A DNA stretch of 55,869 nt from Rhodothermales bacterium (GCA_041738655.1 JBGSPJ010000169.1:1-55869); one strand, 5' to 3'. Positions 9,601 through 19,799 are shown, counted from the stretch's first letter. A program made the numbers and translations. The notes: generated by a model not told the origin, from the letters alone.

Positions 9601-12093
9601 ATGCATCAGTTTTTTGAAGCGCTCCGACCGCTCATACGCTTCACCGTACAGCGCCCGCTCTGGATTCTTGTGGTCGCCGGCCTGTTCACCGCGCTCGGCC
9701 TGTACAACGCACGCCAGCTTCGCGTCGATACGGACTTCGCCAACCTCCTGCCGTCGGATTACCCCAGCGTCCAGGCCCTCGAACGCCTGCGCGATACGGT
9801 CGGCAGTGAAAGTGGGGTCGATGTCGCGATCATCAGCCCCTCGTTCGAGGCTAACCGGCAGTTCGCGGAACAGCTCATTCCTCGCGCGCTTGCACTCCGT
9901 GCGGAAGACGACGGCGATCCGGATTTCTCCCGCGTCGACTACCGGCGCGAAACGGCGTTCGTGAAGGACAATGCGCTCTACTTCGCCACCGACGCTGAAC
10001 TCGACCAGCTCGAGACCTTCCTCGACGAAAAAATTGAAGAGTCGCGCCTCGCTGCCAACCCGTTCTTTTTCGATCTGGAGGATGAAGAGGAAGAAACCGA
10101 GCCCGACACCACCGCCGAGGCCATGGAAGCCGTGTATGACGACCTCGTCGGCAAGGACTATCCGATCTCGGACGACAGCACCGCGATGGTCCTCCGCTTT
10201 ATCCCGACCGGCTCCGCGACCAATATCCGGTTCATCGAGCGGGTGTATGCGGACCTCGATACGGTGATCGCCGAGCTCGATCCGTCCCGTTTCCACCCGG
10301 ACATGGAAGTCGTCACGGCCGGCCGGCTCCTCCGCCAGTACACGGAAATATCGGCCATCACCAACGATGTCCGCCGCTCCTTCGGCGCCGGGGTCTTCAC
10401 GGTGCTGATGGTCGTCGTCCTTTACTTCTTCTACAAGGGCTATCAGGCCCAGTCCAACGGCCGATTCTCCTGGGCCATCCTGCTCCGCCAGGCCGCACGT
10501 ATGCCCGTCCTCGCGCTCCTCATTTCGATCCCACTCCTCATGAGCCTCTCCTGGACGTTCGGGATCGCCTACGCCTCCTTCGAGACACTCAACCTGATGA
10601 CGTCGACCCTCGGCCTGGTGCTGTTTGGTCTGGGGATCGACTTCGGCATCCACTTCTACGCCCGGTATACGGAAGAGCGGGGCAAAGGCAAAACGATGCT
10701 CCAGGCTGCCGAAGATACCTTCGCCAGCACCGGACAGGCGATCACGGTCGGCGCCCTAACCACCGCGGCGGCGATGTATGTATTGACACTGGCCGACTTC
10801 CGGGGCTTCAGCGAATTCGGGTTCATCGCCGGCACCGGCATCATCCTGGCACTCATCGCTATGTTGCTGGTCATGCCGGCACTCATCTCGGTCTTCGAAC
10901 GCACCGGCCTACTCCACTTCGGCACCACGGAAGCGTCTCCCGAGGTTGCGGCCTCCAGACCGTTTCCAGCCGTCAGAACAATCCTCGCCTTCAGTGTCTC
11001 GGCTGTTGCACTCGCCCTCGTCTTCCTGCCCCGGGTGGCCTTCGAGTACGATTTTGGCACGCTCGAACCCACCTATGAGGCATACAACGCCCGGCGCGAC
11101 TACATCAACCGCGTATTCAGCGACGGGGAGCGGCGCAACCCGGCCTACATCGTCGTCGACAGCCCAGAAGAAGTGCTCCCGCTGGTCCAGACCATCCGGG
11201 ATCGCGCTGCAGCGGACACAACCTCTCCCACGGTCCGTGAAGTGGAGAGCCTGCAGGAACGGTTCCCAACCCTGCCGGACGGACAGCGTCGAAAGCTCAG
11301 CCGCATCGAAACGATCCGCGAACGGCTGGCGGATCCTTTCCTGAGTGCAGACTCGTCGGACGGCATCGCCCGGCTCCGACGCTCCGCGCAAACCACGGCC
11401 CCGATCGATCTGGAGGTGGTACCAGGCTACCTGAAGGACCGATTTACGTCCAGGAACGGCGAGATTGGTAACTTCATCATTATCTACCCCTCCGTGGGTC
11501 TATCGGATGGCCGCCAGTCGATCGCGTTCTCGGATGACATCGGCCGCGTGGAGTCATCGGACGGCACGGTCTATTACGCGGGCTCGTCGTCGCTCGTCGC
11601 GGCGGACATGCTCCGCCTCATGCGGTCCGAGGCGCCCTGGATGGTTCTCGCCACCTTCGTGATCGTGCTCCTCCTGATGTACGCCAACTTCCGCTCCTTC
11701 CGATGGGCCGCGCTGGCCACCGTCCCCCTCATCGTCGGCGTCCTCTGGATGTTGCTGGTGATGGAACTGCTCGGGTTGAAGCTCAACTTTTACAACCTCA
11801 TCGTCCTCCCCGCCGTGCTGGGCATCGGGAATGACGCCGGGGTGCACATCGTGCATCGCTATCGAGAGGAAGGCCGGGGCAAGATCATGCACGTCCTCCG
11901 GTCCACGGGTGAGCATGTTTCAATGGCCTCGCTTACGACCATGATCGGATTCGCGGGGCTGTTGCTCAGCTTCCACCCCGGTCTGCACACAATCGGTCAG
12001 CTCGCCGTGGTAGGTATCGGCGCTACGCTCGTTTCCGCGATGGCGTTTCTCCCGGCCCTGCTCCAGTGGCTGGAAGACCGGAAACCGACCTGA
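9601..12093 (+). CDS. MMPL/RND-superfamily exporter (HpnN-like lipid transporter type)
   Basis: 830 aa. Two large periplasmic loops are each followed by a 5-6 TM bundle. The duplicated LGLGIDFGIHFYARYTEER and VLGIGNDAGVHIVHRYREE motifs are typical of MMPL/SSD transporters. Confidence 0.85.
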   Translation: MHQFFEALRPLIRFTVQRPLWILVVAGLFTALGLYNARQLRVDTDFANLLPSDYPSVQALERLRDTVGSESGVDVAIISPSFEANRQFAEQLIPRALALRAEDDGDPDFSRVDYRRETAFVKDNALYFATDAELDQLETFLDEKIEESRLAANPFFFDLEDEEEETEPDTTAEAMEAVYDDLVGKDYPISDDSTAMVLRFIPTGSATNIRFIERVYADLDTVIAELDPSRFHPDMEVVTAGRLLRQYTEISAITNDVRRSFGAGVFTVLMVVVLYFFYKGYQAQSNGRFSWAILLRQAARMPVLALLISIPLLMSLSWTFGIAYASFETLNLMTSTLGLVLFGLGIDFGIHFYARYTEERGKGKTMLQAAEDTFASTGQAITVGALTTAAAMYVLTLADFRGFSEFGFIAGTGIILALIAMLLVMPALISVFERTGLLHFGTTEASPEVAASRPFPAVRTILAFSVSAVALALVFLPRVAFEYDFGTLEPTYEAYNARRDYINRVFSDGERRNPAYIVVDSPEEVLPLVQTIRDRAAADTTSPTVREVESLQERFPTLPDGQRRKLSRIETIRERLADPFLSADSSDGIARLRRSAQTTAPIDLEVVPGYLKDRFTSRNGEIGNFIIIYPSVGLSDGRQSIAFSDDIGRVESSDGTVYYAGSSSLVAADMLRLMRSEAPWMVLATFVIVLLLMYANFRSFRWAALATVPLIVGVLWMLLVMELLGLKLNFYNLIVLPAVLGIGNDAGVHIVHRYREEGRGKIMHVLRSTGEHVSMASLTTMIGFAGLLLSFHPGLHTIGQLAVVGIGATLVSAMAFLPALLQWLEDRKPT

Positions 12094-12105
12094 TCGGTTG
12101 ACCGG

Positions 12106-12870
12106 TTACCGCGCCGCTGCCTCTACCGCAACGAGCATCGCGCGCAGGGCGTCATCCAGCGCGGCCTGCTGGGCCTCCCGCGAGATCGTCGCCCAACCGT
12201 CCCCCAGTTGTCGCCCGTACCAGGCAAATTGGGCATGGTTGCCGCCCTCGATCCGCACCCACTGCGTGTGCGCCGGCAAATTCACCCCGAACGTCTCGAT
12301 TTCGTCTTCCGACGCCAGACCGTCCGCCGTACCGTAGACTTTTGTGACGGGTATCGTCAGGGTCCGCATGTCCTCCTCCCGGGGATGGGAGGTGGCGACC
12401 AGAAACAGCCCGTGGAGTCCGACCGCCTCCTGGCGAGCAAACGCCAGTGCAAACTTGCCGCCCAGGGAGTGCCCGCCGGCCACCCACCGCCGCTGCGTAT
12501 CGGCCATCACTACCTCCCGTGCCCGCCCGTAGGCCTTTTCACGGCTCCCTTCGAACCACGACGCCAGCAGAGGCACATGCACCAGCGCCACCTTGAAGCC
12601 GGCTTCCGCCGCGGTCCGGGCCAAAGGCACATAGGCCTCGGTATCAACCATCGACCCGGGGAAAAACACAAGCGCCGTCTGGAGCGTGTCGACTGTCGGC
12701 GTGAAGAGATACCCGGCATCCGTGGCTTCGACCTGCACACGATCGTTTGAAACCAGAAGGGCCGGCGATACCCCCCGCGCCTGCATGTTATAAAACAGCC
12801 AGCCCACCACGGCGCCCCATATCCCGAGGAGGGTAAAACGGAATATCCGGCGAATGGATTTGAGGGTCAT
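12106..12870 (-). CDS. Membrane-anchored alpha/beta hydrolase
   Basis: N-terminal TM segment FTLLGIWGAVVGWLFY. Nucleophile elbow GGHSLGG. Start lies 2 nt after the stop of the upstream gene. Confidence 0.7.
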   Translation of the reverse strand: MTLKSIRRIFRFTLLGIWGAVVGWLFYNMQARGVSPALLVSNDRVQVEATDAGYLFTPTVDTLQTALVFFPGSMVDTEAYVPLARTAAEAGFKVALVHVPLLASWFEGSREKAYGRAREVVMADTQRRWVAGGHSLGGKFALAFARQEAVGLHGLFLVATSHPREEDMRTLTIPVTKVYGTADGLASEDEIETFGVNLPAHTQWVRIEGGNHAQFAWYGRQLGDGWATISREAQQAALDDALRAMLVAVEAAAR

Positions 12871-12872
12871 CG

Positions 12873-15122
12873 CTACAGTAGTACCAGATACGTGAGCTTG
12901 AATACGCCGACCCGGTCATTCAGGATCAGGTCCCGCCGCGGATCGAACAACACTTCGTTGCCCCGCGCGAAGTGGGACGACGTGTTGAAGACGAGGAACA
13001 GGTCGCTACCAGGCGTATGAATCCAGTCGATCCGGATATTCGCCTGAAGATCGCGCGAGAAGTTATCGTACTGAACCAGGGCGCGGGCGAAGAGCTTGCG
13101 GTTGAGTGCGCCCAGGATCGACATCGAGACGGTCGTCGCCTCGAAATCCCCGTTTGCTACCGGCAGCCGAATGATCGAATGCTCGAGGAACGACTCGAGC
13201 GTCAGGTGCTGCGACTGGCGGAAACCGATCGATCCTCCAATGTCTGTGCGCGTCCCGCTATAAAAATCGCCCCGCGACGCCGAAGCGATCGCGAACAGAC
13301 GCCGGCTCGAATCGGTATTCCCCATCAGTCCGAACTCGCCGAACGCGTAGTCTCCCGGCGCAATCTCTGCGTCGGCCGTTATCGCGAACGGCTCCTCAAG
13401 CCGCTCGAACTGCCGGTTGTAAAATACACGAACAAAGTCCCGCCGCTGCAGATCGAACCGTACCCAGTATTCGCCTTCGGTAGACTGTTTGCGACCGTCC
13501 TGGCCCTCGAAGTACGCGTAGTCTGCATTCAAAAACACCCGGCGTAGAAAAGGCAGGCCGGCGACGTTGATAAACGGTGCATAGTTCAGATTGCCGGCGT
13601 ACTGGCGCATGTCGCGCCGGCGGACAAAACCAAGCGCAGGATAATAGTTCTCGCCGACGCTGGTGAACGCCGCCTCACCCCCCAGCAGGTCGTTCTGGAG
13701 CCGCAGACTCACGTGGCCCGCCGCGTCGTCCCGTGTCGCGTTGCTCTCCCAGACTTTGGTGTACCAGGCGTTCACCACGCTTGAACTCCAGAACCGGTAC
13801 TGGGCGTCGAGGCCGGCGGCGCGGTTGAAGTAGCCCGACTCCTCGAGGTTCGTAAAGATGGCGCCGGCCGTTCCGCGCGTCAGGAAATCCGTCCGAACCC
13901 GGGCGACGCTGTTGTTCGCCGATTGGCTCCCCAGAAAGTCCCTCATCTCCTCGCCGGTCTCGATATTGAGCAGGCCGACGGAGAACCGCCCGACCTGACC
14001 GGTGAGCCGGCCGCCCCCGAGAATCTGATTCTCGAGGCCGATGCGGCGCGAAAAGAAGGTCTGGGTGGATCGCGGATTCCCATGATCGAACAGGCCGGCG
14101 CGCTCAAGGAAGAATTCGCGTTTCTCGGGAAAGAAGAGGTTGAACCGGGTCAGGTTGATCTGCACATTGTCGTCTTCCACCTGGGCGAAGTCGGTGTTGG
14201 CCGTCAGGTCGAGCGTCAGGTTGGAGGTGATACCGTACTTAACATCGACCCCGAGGTCGCGCGTGAAGTCGACATCCGTGGCCTCCAGCGCCAGATCCGG
14301 ACGTATCTCCTGAACGCCGGCGATGACGTACGGTTTGATCTCGATATTCTTCCCCCGCCGGATGTCTTTCAGACCGGTCAGGGTGCCGTATTGGGAAACC
14401 GCGGCAAGCGCCGTAAAGCTGGTTCCGTACTCGAGCCCGATGTGTGGCCATACGACGCGCTCGTTTTTCCTGTTGACCATCCGCGAGAGCATCAACCCGA
14501 ATTCGACCTCATCCCCCTTCGGAAAGCGAAGTTGACGAAAAGGGATCGACACCTCGAGGGTCCATCCGTTTTCGTTGATCACGGTCTCGCTGCGGTACAC
14601 GGCGTCCCACGAGAAGCTGTCGAGCGTAAGCCCCTCATCCGATATGGTCGCATCGTCCTGGGTGCCCAGGGCATTCATCTCAAAGAGATAGGCGTTCCGG
14701 TCGTCGTTGAACGTATCCAGCCCGATGTAAGCATGATCGTCGCGATCGTTCCGGCCACCCCGCTCCAGGTTTTTCGCGCGGATGAGCTCCGGGTCCCGGT
14801 CGTAAAACGTAAAGGCGACATACAGGTTGTCGCGATCGTAGGCAATCCGCGCCTCGGATTGTTCGGTGCCCACGGCGCCGTCTTCGGGCCAGATCTGGAA
14901 AAACCCGGTAACGGGCTCGATCGTCTGCCAGTAGGGCTCGTCCAGATGTCCATCGATACGGGGTGGGGTATCGACGAGGAAGGCGACGACTTCGCGAGGC
15001 GTGGTTTCAGGGGTACGCAGGCTGTCGACCGCAGGAGGATCGGCGAACTGCGGCTGGGCGGCGACAGCCAGGGGTAAAGCTAGTGCAAGCAAAGCGCCCG
15101 CGAAGAAATCACGCATGATCAC
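12873..15122 (-). CDS. CBM9-like + DUF5916 outer-membrane protein
   Basis: Signal peptide ALLALALPLAVAAQ. N-terminal IDGHLDEPYWQTIEPVTGFFQIWPEDG...ARIAYDRDNLYVAFTFYD is the CBM9/DOMON-like module, followed by a long beta-rich region ending in a ...YLVLL C-terminus. The GTG start overlaps the GH29 stop (GTGA); an alternative ATG is at 15116. Confidence 0.7.
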   Translation of the reverse strand: MIMRDFFAGALLALALPLAVAAQPQFADPPAVDSLRTPETTPREVVAFLVDTPPRIDGHLDEPYWQTIEPVTGFFQIWPEDGAVGTEQSEARIAYDRDNLYVAFTFYDRDPELIRAKNLERGGRNDRDDHAYIGLDTFNDDRNAYLFEMNALGTQDDATISDEGLTLDSFSWDAVYRSETVINENGWTLEVSIPFRQLRFPKGDEVEFGLMLSRMVNRKNERVVWPHIGLEYGTSFTALAAVSQYGTLTGLKDIRRGKNIEIKPYVIAGVQEIRPDLALEATDVDFTRDLGVDVKYGITSNLTLDLTANTDFAQVEDDNVQINLTRFNLFFPEKREFFLERAGLFDHGNPRSTQTFFSRRIGLENQILGGGRLTGQVGRFSVGLLNIETGEEMRDFLGSQSANNSVARVRTDFLTRGTAGAIFTNLEESGYFNRAAGLDAQYRFWSSSVVNAWYTKVWESNATRDDAAGHVSLRLQNDLLGGEAAFTSVGENYYPALGFVRRRDMRQYAGNLNYAPFINVAGLPFLRRVFLNADYAYFEGQDGRKQSTEGEYWVRFDLQRRDFVRVFYNRQFERLEEPFAITADAEIAPGDYAFGEFGLMGNTDSSRRLFAIASASRGDFYSGTRTDIGGSIGFRQSQHLTLESFLEHSIIRLPVANGDFEATTVSMSILGALNRKLFARALVQYDNFSRDLQANIRIDWIHTPGSDLFLVFNTSSHFARGNEVLFDPRRDLILNDRVGVFKLTYLVLL

Positions 15123-16549
15123 AGGGTGGGGTCGAAGTACAATCCAAAACCCGCAAGCAGCGGACAGCCGCGGGCATCAAGGAGGGTGATCCGGACCCGA
15201 CGAGCGGCCGTCCGAGGTATCCGATCCAGTTTTTGATAGCCGATGGTGGTGCCCTCGATCAGCGTGGACCACTGGCCGTCGACTTCGGTCTCCACCCGGT
15301 ACGCCCGCACGCGCTGCCCGAGGTGGATGGGCTCGTTGAGGCGGATGACGTTAAACGTCTGCTCGGCCGGCAACTCGACGACGACCGAGGCGGAGCGGAC
15401 GCTGTCATCCGTCGCCCAGTAGGTCTCCTTGCGGTCGTCAAACAGCCCCGCGGGCCCGAAGGCGGCGTCGCCCCCGCGTTGGTTCGACACGACGGCCGAG
15501 GCGCCGCGCGCGAGGTTGTTCGAGAACACGGCCTCCCGGGCGGCTTTGAATTCCTGGAGCCGGCGAACGTCCGCCTCATCCAACAATCCCTCGCGATTGG
15601 GGGGAATGTTCAGGAGAAGGACGCAATTCCGGCCCTCGGATTTATAGTAGATGTCCATCAAGTCCGCCACGGATTTGGGCTCCTGATCCGCATGATAAAA
15701 CCAGCCCCGCCGGATGGACACATCGCATTCGCCGCCCACCCAGTCCGGCCCATCGCTATCGCCCTCGTTGAGGTATTTCTCGATGCCGGTGGCGCCGATG
15801 CTCACCTTCGAGCGGTCGAAGGTCGACCAGTTGGTCTCGCCGGCGAATCCTTTCTCGTTGCCGATCCATCGCACATCGGGGCCGGCGTCGGAGAAGAGGA
15901 CGGCGCCGGGCTGCAGTTGCCGCACGGTCGCCCAGAACGCATCGAAATGGTAGTTCATCGCCTTCGCGTTTTCGCCCTTGGCGCCATCGAACCACATCTC
16001 GGTGATCGGCCCGTACTGCGTGAGCAACTCGCGAAGCTGGGCCAGATAAAAGGCGTTGTAGCCGGCCTCGTCGCCATACGAAGGCTCGTGCTGGTCCCAC
16101 GGGGAAAGATAGAGTCCGAGCCCGAGCTCTTCCTCCCGCACGGCCTCGGCCAGCGCGCCGACTACATCGCCCTTCCCGCCCATCCATGCACTGGAGGCGA
16201 CATCGTGATCGGTGTATTGGCTATCCCAGAGCGCGAAGCCGTCGTGGTGCTTGGCGGTCAGAATGACGGTGGAGAAACCGGTCTCCCGTGCGACGCGTGC
16301 CCACTGGCGGGCATCGAACCGGGCCGGCTGAAACAGATCGGGCGACTCCGTGCCGTCGCCCCACTCCCGGTCGCTGAAGGTATTGACGCCGAAATGGATA
16401 AACATCCGCATCCCGCCCTCCTGCCAGGCCAGTTGGCGGGCCGTGGGGATGGGTAACACGGGGGTGGGAGGCGGGAATTGCTGGCCTGCGGCCGGGCTCG
16501 TTACGATGGCAAGCAGAAGGAGAACAAGCATACCTGGGCGAATTGGCAT
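15119..16549 (-). CDS. Alpha-L-fucosidase (GH29) with C-terminal F5/8 type C (discoidin) domain
   Basis: MFIHFGVNTFSDREWGDGTE and GFALWDS motifs are present. The C-terminal 130 aa (ETYWATDD...YRVETEVDGQWSTL) is discoidin-like. I place the start at the ATG at 16549 (MPIRPGMLVLLLLAIVTSPAAGQQ signal peptide) rather than the track start 16708. Confidence 0.8.
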   Translation of the reverse strand: MPIRPGMLVLLLLAIVTSPAAGQQFPPPTPVLPIPTARQLAWQEGGMRMFIHFGVNTFSDREWGDGTESPDLFQPARFDARQWARVARETGFSTVILTAKHHDGFALWDSQYTDHDVASSAWMGGKGDVVGALAEAVREEELGLGLYLSPWDQHEPSYGDEAGYNAFYLAQLRELLTQYGPITEMWFDGAKGENAKAMNYHFDAFWATVRQLQPGAVLFSDAGPDVRWIGNEKGFAGETNWSTFDRSKVSIGATGIEKYLNEGDSDGPDWVGGECDVSIRRGWFYHADQEPKSVADLMDIYYKSEGRNCVLLLNIPPNREGLLDEADVRRLQEFKAAREAVFSNNLARGASAVVSNQRGGDAAFGPAGLFDDRKETYWATDDSVRSASVVVELPAEQTFNVIRLNEPIHLGQRVRAYRVETEVDGQWSTLIEGTTIGYQKLDRIPRTAARRVRITLLDARGCPLLAGFGLYFDPTL

Positions 16550-16623
16550 GATGGGTGCGTTTTCCGGTGTGTTGGCCTCCAAAACTACTAAAGAAATCCG
16601 TCGCGTGCGCCACCACGCCGGCC

Positions 16624-17070
16624 TCATCGCGGGGGTGATTGCCACAACACATGGACAATCATCCATTTTCCATCGTACTTCCCGAGCAATATATAATCCG
16701 TGCCCCACCAGGCCTCCAGCTTCGCGCTCGCCGTCTGATCCTGAACATCAAAGAGGGTGATCTGCTTGGGCGCATCGGGCCTGGCCTTACGAGCTGGGTC
16801 GGCGGCGATGTGGTTCGCATAGTCCATCATGGCCTGATAGGACATCGGCTCTCCGGTGTAAGCCGTCTCGCCACGACGCACAAAGTACCCGTACTTGGTG
16901 ACGGTGGGATGTACGCTGCGCACAAGTCGGGTCGAATCCCCTTCGTAAAAGCCCTCCACATAATCGAGAACCGCCTCACGGACGGCCTCTTGATCGGATT
17001 GGGCCAGGGCCGGCGTCAAAAGAGGGCCCAGTACCATGGTTAGAAGCAGGAACGAAAACAGGGTTTTCAT
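16624..17070 (-). CDS. Secreted NTF2-fold protein (putative lumazine-binding family)
   Basis: Start moved to the ATG at 17070 (MKTLFSFLLLTMVLGPLLTPALAQ signal peptide). AVREAVLDYVEGFYEGDSTRLVRSVHPTVTKYGY matches the Lumazine_bd_2/SnoaL-like pattern. Confidence 0.6.
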   Translation of the reverse strand: MKTLFSFLLLTMVLGPLLTPALAQSDQEAVREAVLDYVEGFYEGDSTRLVRSVHPTVTKYGYFVRRGETAYTGEPMSYQAMMDYANHIAADPARKARPDAPKQITLFDVQDQTASAKLEAWWGTDYILLGKYDGKWMIVHVLWQSPPR

Positions 17071-17146
17071 GGAGATCCCGGACTGATGAATCGGATTTTG
17101 GCTGTTGGACGGCGTCTGGATGCCGGGGTTGCGCACCCAATCGTTT

Positions 17147-18286
17147 CTAGAGGCTCTGCACGATCTCCAGATACCTCCGCGCCACGGCCTCCCAGCTAAA
17201 CGTCTGTCGGGTATACGCCGCGGCGCGATCGGCCGCCTGCGCCAGGGCCGTCCTATCCCGGTCATACCGCAGAATGGTGCGGACAAACCCGGCCGCATCG
17301 CCGGTTTCGACGAAGTGGCCGTTTTCCCCCTCGGCGATCACGTCCTGGATACCTTCAAGTCGCGAGGCGATGGCCGGCAGCCCGCTGATGCCGGCCTCGA
17401 GCATGACGACACCGAAGCCTTCCATGGTCCCTGGAATCGGGATGTTAGGCATCACAAACAGATCCGCGCCCCGGTAGAGGCGCATGAGGTCGGCATCGGA
17501 CACACGACCCAGCACCCGCACGCGATCTTCGACCCCGAACCGCTGAGCCGCGGCCTGGATGAGGGGCGTCTCGGGCCCCTCGCCGGCGAGCCAGAGATGG
17601 ACGTCTGCCGGCAATTGCGTCATCACGTGTTCGACAAACCACGCAAACCCTTTACGTTTCACGTGCCGGCCGACACTGCATAACAGGAGCGCGTTCTCCG
17701 GAAACGGGTGGGCCGGGTCGCCGATGGCTTGCACCAGCTCCCGCCGCATGACGGGCCGGGGCTCCAGCGGCGCGAACCGGGCGAGCTTGACGCCGTTGGG
17801 GACGACATGGAGCTTCGCCGGCGGCAACCCGCGATCCGTACACTGGGCGCCCGTGGCCCGGCTCACGGGCAACACCGCGTCGAGGGCGTCAAATACCTTC
17901 GGCACAAAGCGCTGATAGGGACCAAACGGCGTCGTCACATCCTGCCCGTGTACGATGGCTGCCGTTCGGATGCCGGCCTGGCGTAGCGCCGGCTGCACCC
18001 GCGTGGCAACGGAAGCCGTCACCATCGAAGAAAAGAGGACCACATCCACACTCCGTTCCCGCGCCTCCCGCGCCAGATGCCTCTGCACCCGCCAGAGGAA
18101 AAAGGGAATGCGTGCATGGGTCATCCGCCAGGAGGTGCGCAGCAGATGCCCGCTCAGTTCGAGCCCGTCCACGTGCCCGAACGCCTCGAACAACTCGGTC
18201 GCCACCCGCTGCATCCCACCCACATTGGCGTGGGGTCGGCCATCAGGCGGGAAGGAATGCGATACAAACAGGAGCCGCCGCGTCAT
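17147..18286 (-). CDS. Glycosyltransferase family 4
   Basis: Start moved to the ATG at 18286 (MTRRLLFVSHSFPPDGRPHANVGGMQRV), which overlaps the stop of the upstream GT gene by 4 nt (ATGA). C-terminal EGFGVVMLEAGISGLPAIASRLEGIQDVIAEGENGHFV is the GT4 motif. Confidence 0.8.
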   Translation of the reverse strand: MTRRLLFVSHSFPPDGRPHANVGGMQRVATELFEAFGHVDGLELSGHLLRTSWRMTHARIPFFLWRVQRHLAREARERSVDVVLFSSMVTASVATRVQPALRQAGIRTAAIVHGQDVTTPFGPYQRFVPKVFDALDAVLPVSRATGAQCTDRGLPPAKLHVVPNGVKLARFAPLEPRPVMRRELVQAIGDPAHPFPENALLLCSVGRHVKRKGFAWFVEHVMTQLPADVHLWLAGEGPETPLIQAAAQRFGVEDRVRVLGRVSDADLMRLYRGADLFVMPNIPIPGTMEGFGVVMLEAGISGLPAIASRLEGIQDVIAEGENGHFVETGDAAGFVRTILRYDRDRTALAQAADRAAAYTRQTFSWEAVARRYLEIVQSL

Positions 18287-19488
18287 CCGACGCTCCCCGC
18301 CATGGCGGCGGCCGGCGACAGATCCAGGGTCCGTGTTGGGATTTCGGGGTGCAGCAGGGCGTCGTAGTAACTCTCGATCTTCGCGAGAATCAACGGCCAG
18401 GCATAGCCGCGAGCGCGATCGAGGGCCTGATGCCCCATGTGGGTGCGCAGAAGGGGATTCTGAACGAGCCGGCTCACGCGGTCCAAAAACGCCGCCGCAT
18501 TTTGTGGTTCCGCCAGGTAGCCCGTCACGCCGTCCTTCACCAGCGAGCGGCTGCCGGTCGCATTGGCGCAAACCGACGGCAGACCCGACGCCATCGCCTC
18601 GAGGGTGACATTGCCAAAGGTCTCGGTATGGCTGGGGAACAGGAAGACGTCGGACGACGCGTAGGCGCGTCCCAGCGCTTCACCACGCAGCGCCCCCGTG
18701 AATACGGTCTCCGGGAGACGTTCCTGGAACTCGGCGCGCGCGGGGCCATCGCCAACGACCAGGCTACGGTGCGGGATACCGCGCGCTTTCAGGCCCTCGA
18801 TTACCGCGGCGAACGTATCGAGCCCTTTTTCGACCACCAGCCGGCTGACAAAGGAAACCACGATCTCATCATCCGCAAAGCCCAACTGCCGGCGCCAGTC
18901 GAGCGAGCGGCGCGCCGGGTTGAACAGGTGCGTGTCTACCCCGCGCTCCCAGAGATACAGGCGTTCGGAGATCCCATGGCCGCGCAACACATCGGCCATC
19001 GACTGGGACGGGACGTATACCTGCCGGCACTGCGCGTAAAACCAGCGCAGGTACCGCCATACGGCCGGCTCGAGCCATGTCATCCGGTAATACTCGAAAT
19101 ACGACGTAAAGTGCGTATGGTACGAGGCGACGAGCGGCACGTTCATGCGCTTCGCCATCCGAATCGCCCCGATGGCCGGCATATCAGGAGACGCCAAGTG
19201 GATGATCGAGGGCTTGAAGGCTCTAAGCTCGGCCCGCATGGGACTGGTCAGGCCACGCGAGATCAGATACTCCGGCCGGCCGGGCATGGGAAAAGACCGG
19301 GTCGGGATGATGCGCCCGGGAGCCGCGGGGAGCGCGGGTGTCTCCTTGGCCGGCGCAAAAACGAGCACTTCGTTGCCGCGTGCCTCAAGATGAGATACCA
19401 GACGGTTAAGCGTTAATGAAACGCCGTCCGCGATGTGGTTGTAGGCGCCTGTAAAAAGGGCGATGCGCTTGGGTGTCAGGGGAATCAC
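18283..19488 (-). CDS. Glycosyltransferase family 4
   Basis: RIALFTGAYNHIADGVSLTLNRLVSHLEARGNEVLVFAP N-terminus. ETFGNVTLEAMASGLPSVCANATGSRSLVKDGVTGYL is the GT4 motif. Confidence 0.8.
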   Translation of the reverse strand: MIPLTPKRIALFTGAYNHIADGVSLTLNRLVSHLEARGNEVLVFAPAKETPALPAAPGRIIPTRSFPMPGRPEYLISRGLTSPMRAELRAFKPSIIHLASPDMPAIGAIRMAKRMNVPLVASYHTHFTSYFEYYRMTWLEPAVWRYLRWFYAQCRQVYVPSQSMADVLRGHGISERLYLWERGVDTHLFNPARRSLDWRRQLGFADDEIVVSFVSRLVVEKGLDTFAAVIEGLKARGIPHRSLVVGDGPARAEFQERLPETVFTGALRGEALGRAYASSDVFLFPSHTETFGNVTLEAMASGLPSVCANATGSRSLVKDGVTGYLAEPQNAAAFLDRVSRLVQNPLLRTHMGHQALDRARGYAWPLILAKIESYYDALLHPEIPTRTLDLSPAAAMAGSVG

Positions 19489-19799
19489 CGGGTTCGTTGC
19501 ACAGAAACTCTTCAGTACCGGGTACGCGTGTGGTGGTGCATGGACGATCGGCGCAGGGACCGGAGTGGCCTATGCCGGAAACAAGCAAACGTTCCAGGTA
19601 GAGCGCCCGATCGCCAGGGCCTATACCCTATTAGACGCATTCGACGGCCGATACGTAACCTCTATGCGGATGATTCATCCTCATTTTAGCCGATCTTTTT
19701 CGCGGTTCACGCTTCTTTGGTCAAAAAAACTGGAATCGCGTTACCACCCGGCCGGCCAGGCGGTGTATCTACCCTGAACGAACCCAACATATCGCCTGC

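Noticed and set aside
9382-10653. 423-aa ORF on the minus strand
   Set aside because: It is antisense to the DUF3047 3' end and the MMPL gene. It has an Arg/Glu/Gly-rich composition and no recognisable motifs.
13923-16456. 384-aa (13923..15077 +) and 407-aa (15233..16456 +) ORFs
   Set aside because: They are antisense to the DUF5916 and GH29 genes, which have signal peptides and family motifs. The plus-strand products are Arg/Gly/Pro-rich with no motifs.
16550-18571. Long N-terminal extensions of track ORFs 15119..16708, 16624..17298 and 17147..18571
   Set aside because: The extensions are Arg/Pro-rich, overlap neighbouring genes, and precede internal ATGs that yield signal peptides (16549, 17070) or a 4-nt ATGA junction with a typical GT4 N-terminus (18286).
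18112-19416. 434-aa ORF on the plus strand
   Set aside because: It is antisense to the GT4 gene 18283..19488, which carries clear GT4 motifs. It has high-GC artefact composition.
19489-19799. ECF-type autoregulatory promoter (GGAAC-N16-CGT-like) upstream of the sigma gene at 19800
   Set aside because: There are only weak partial matches (TGGAAT..., TGAAC...) at implausible distances from the start codon. This is not supportable without a genome-wide motif.
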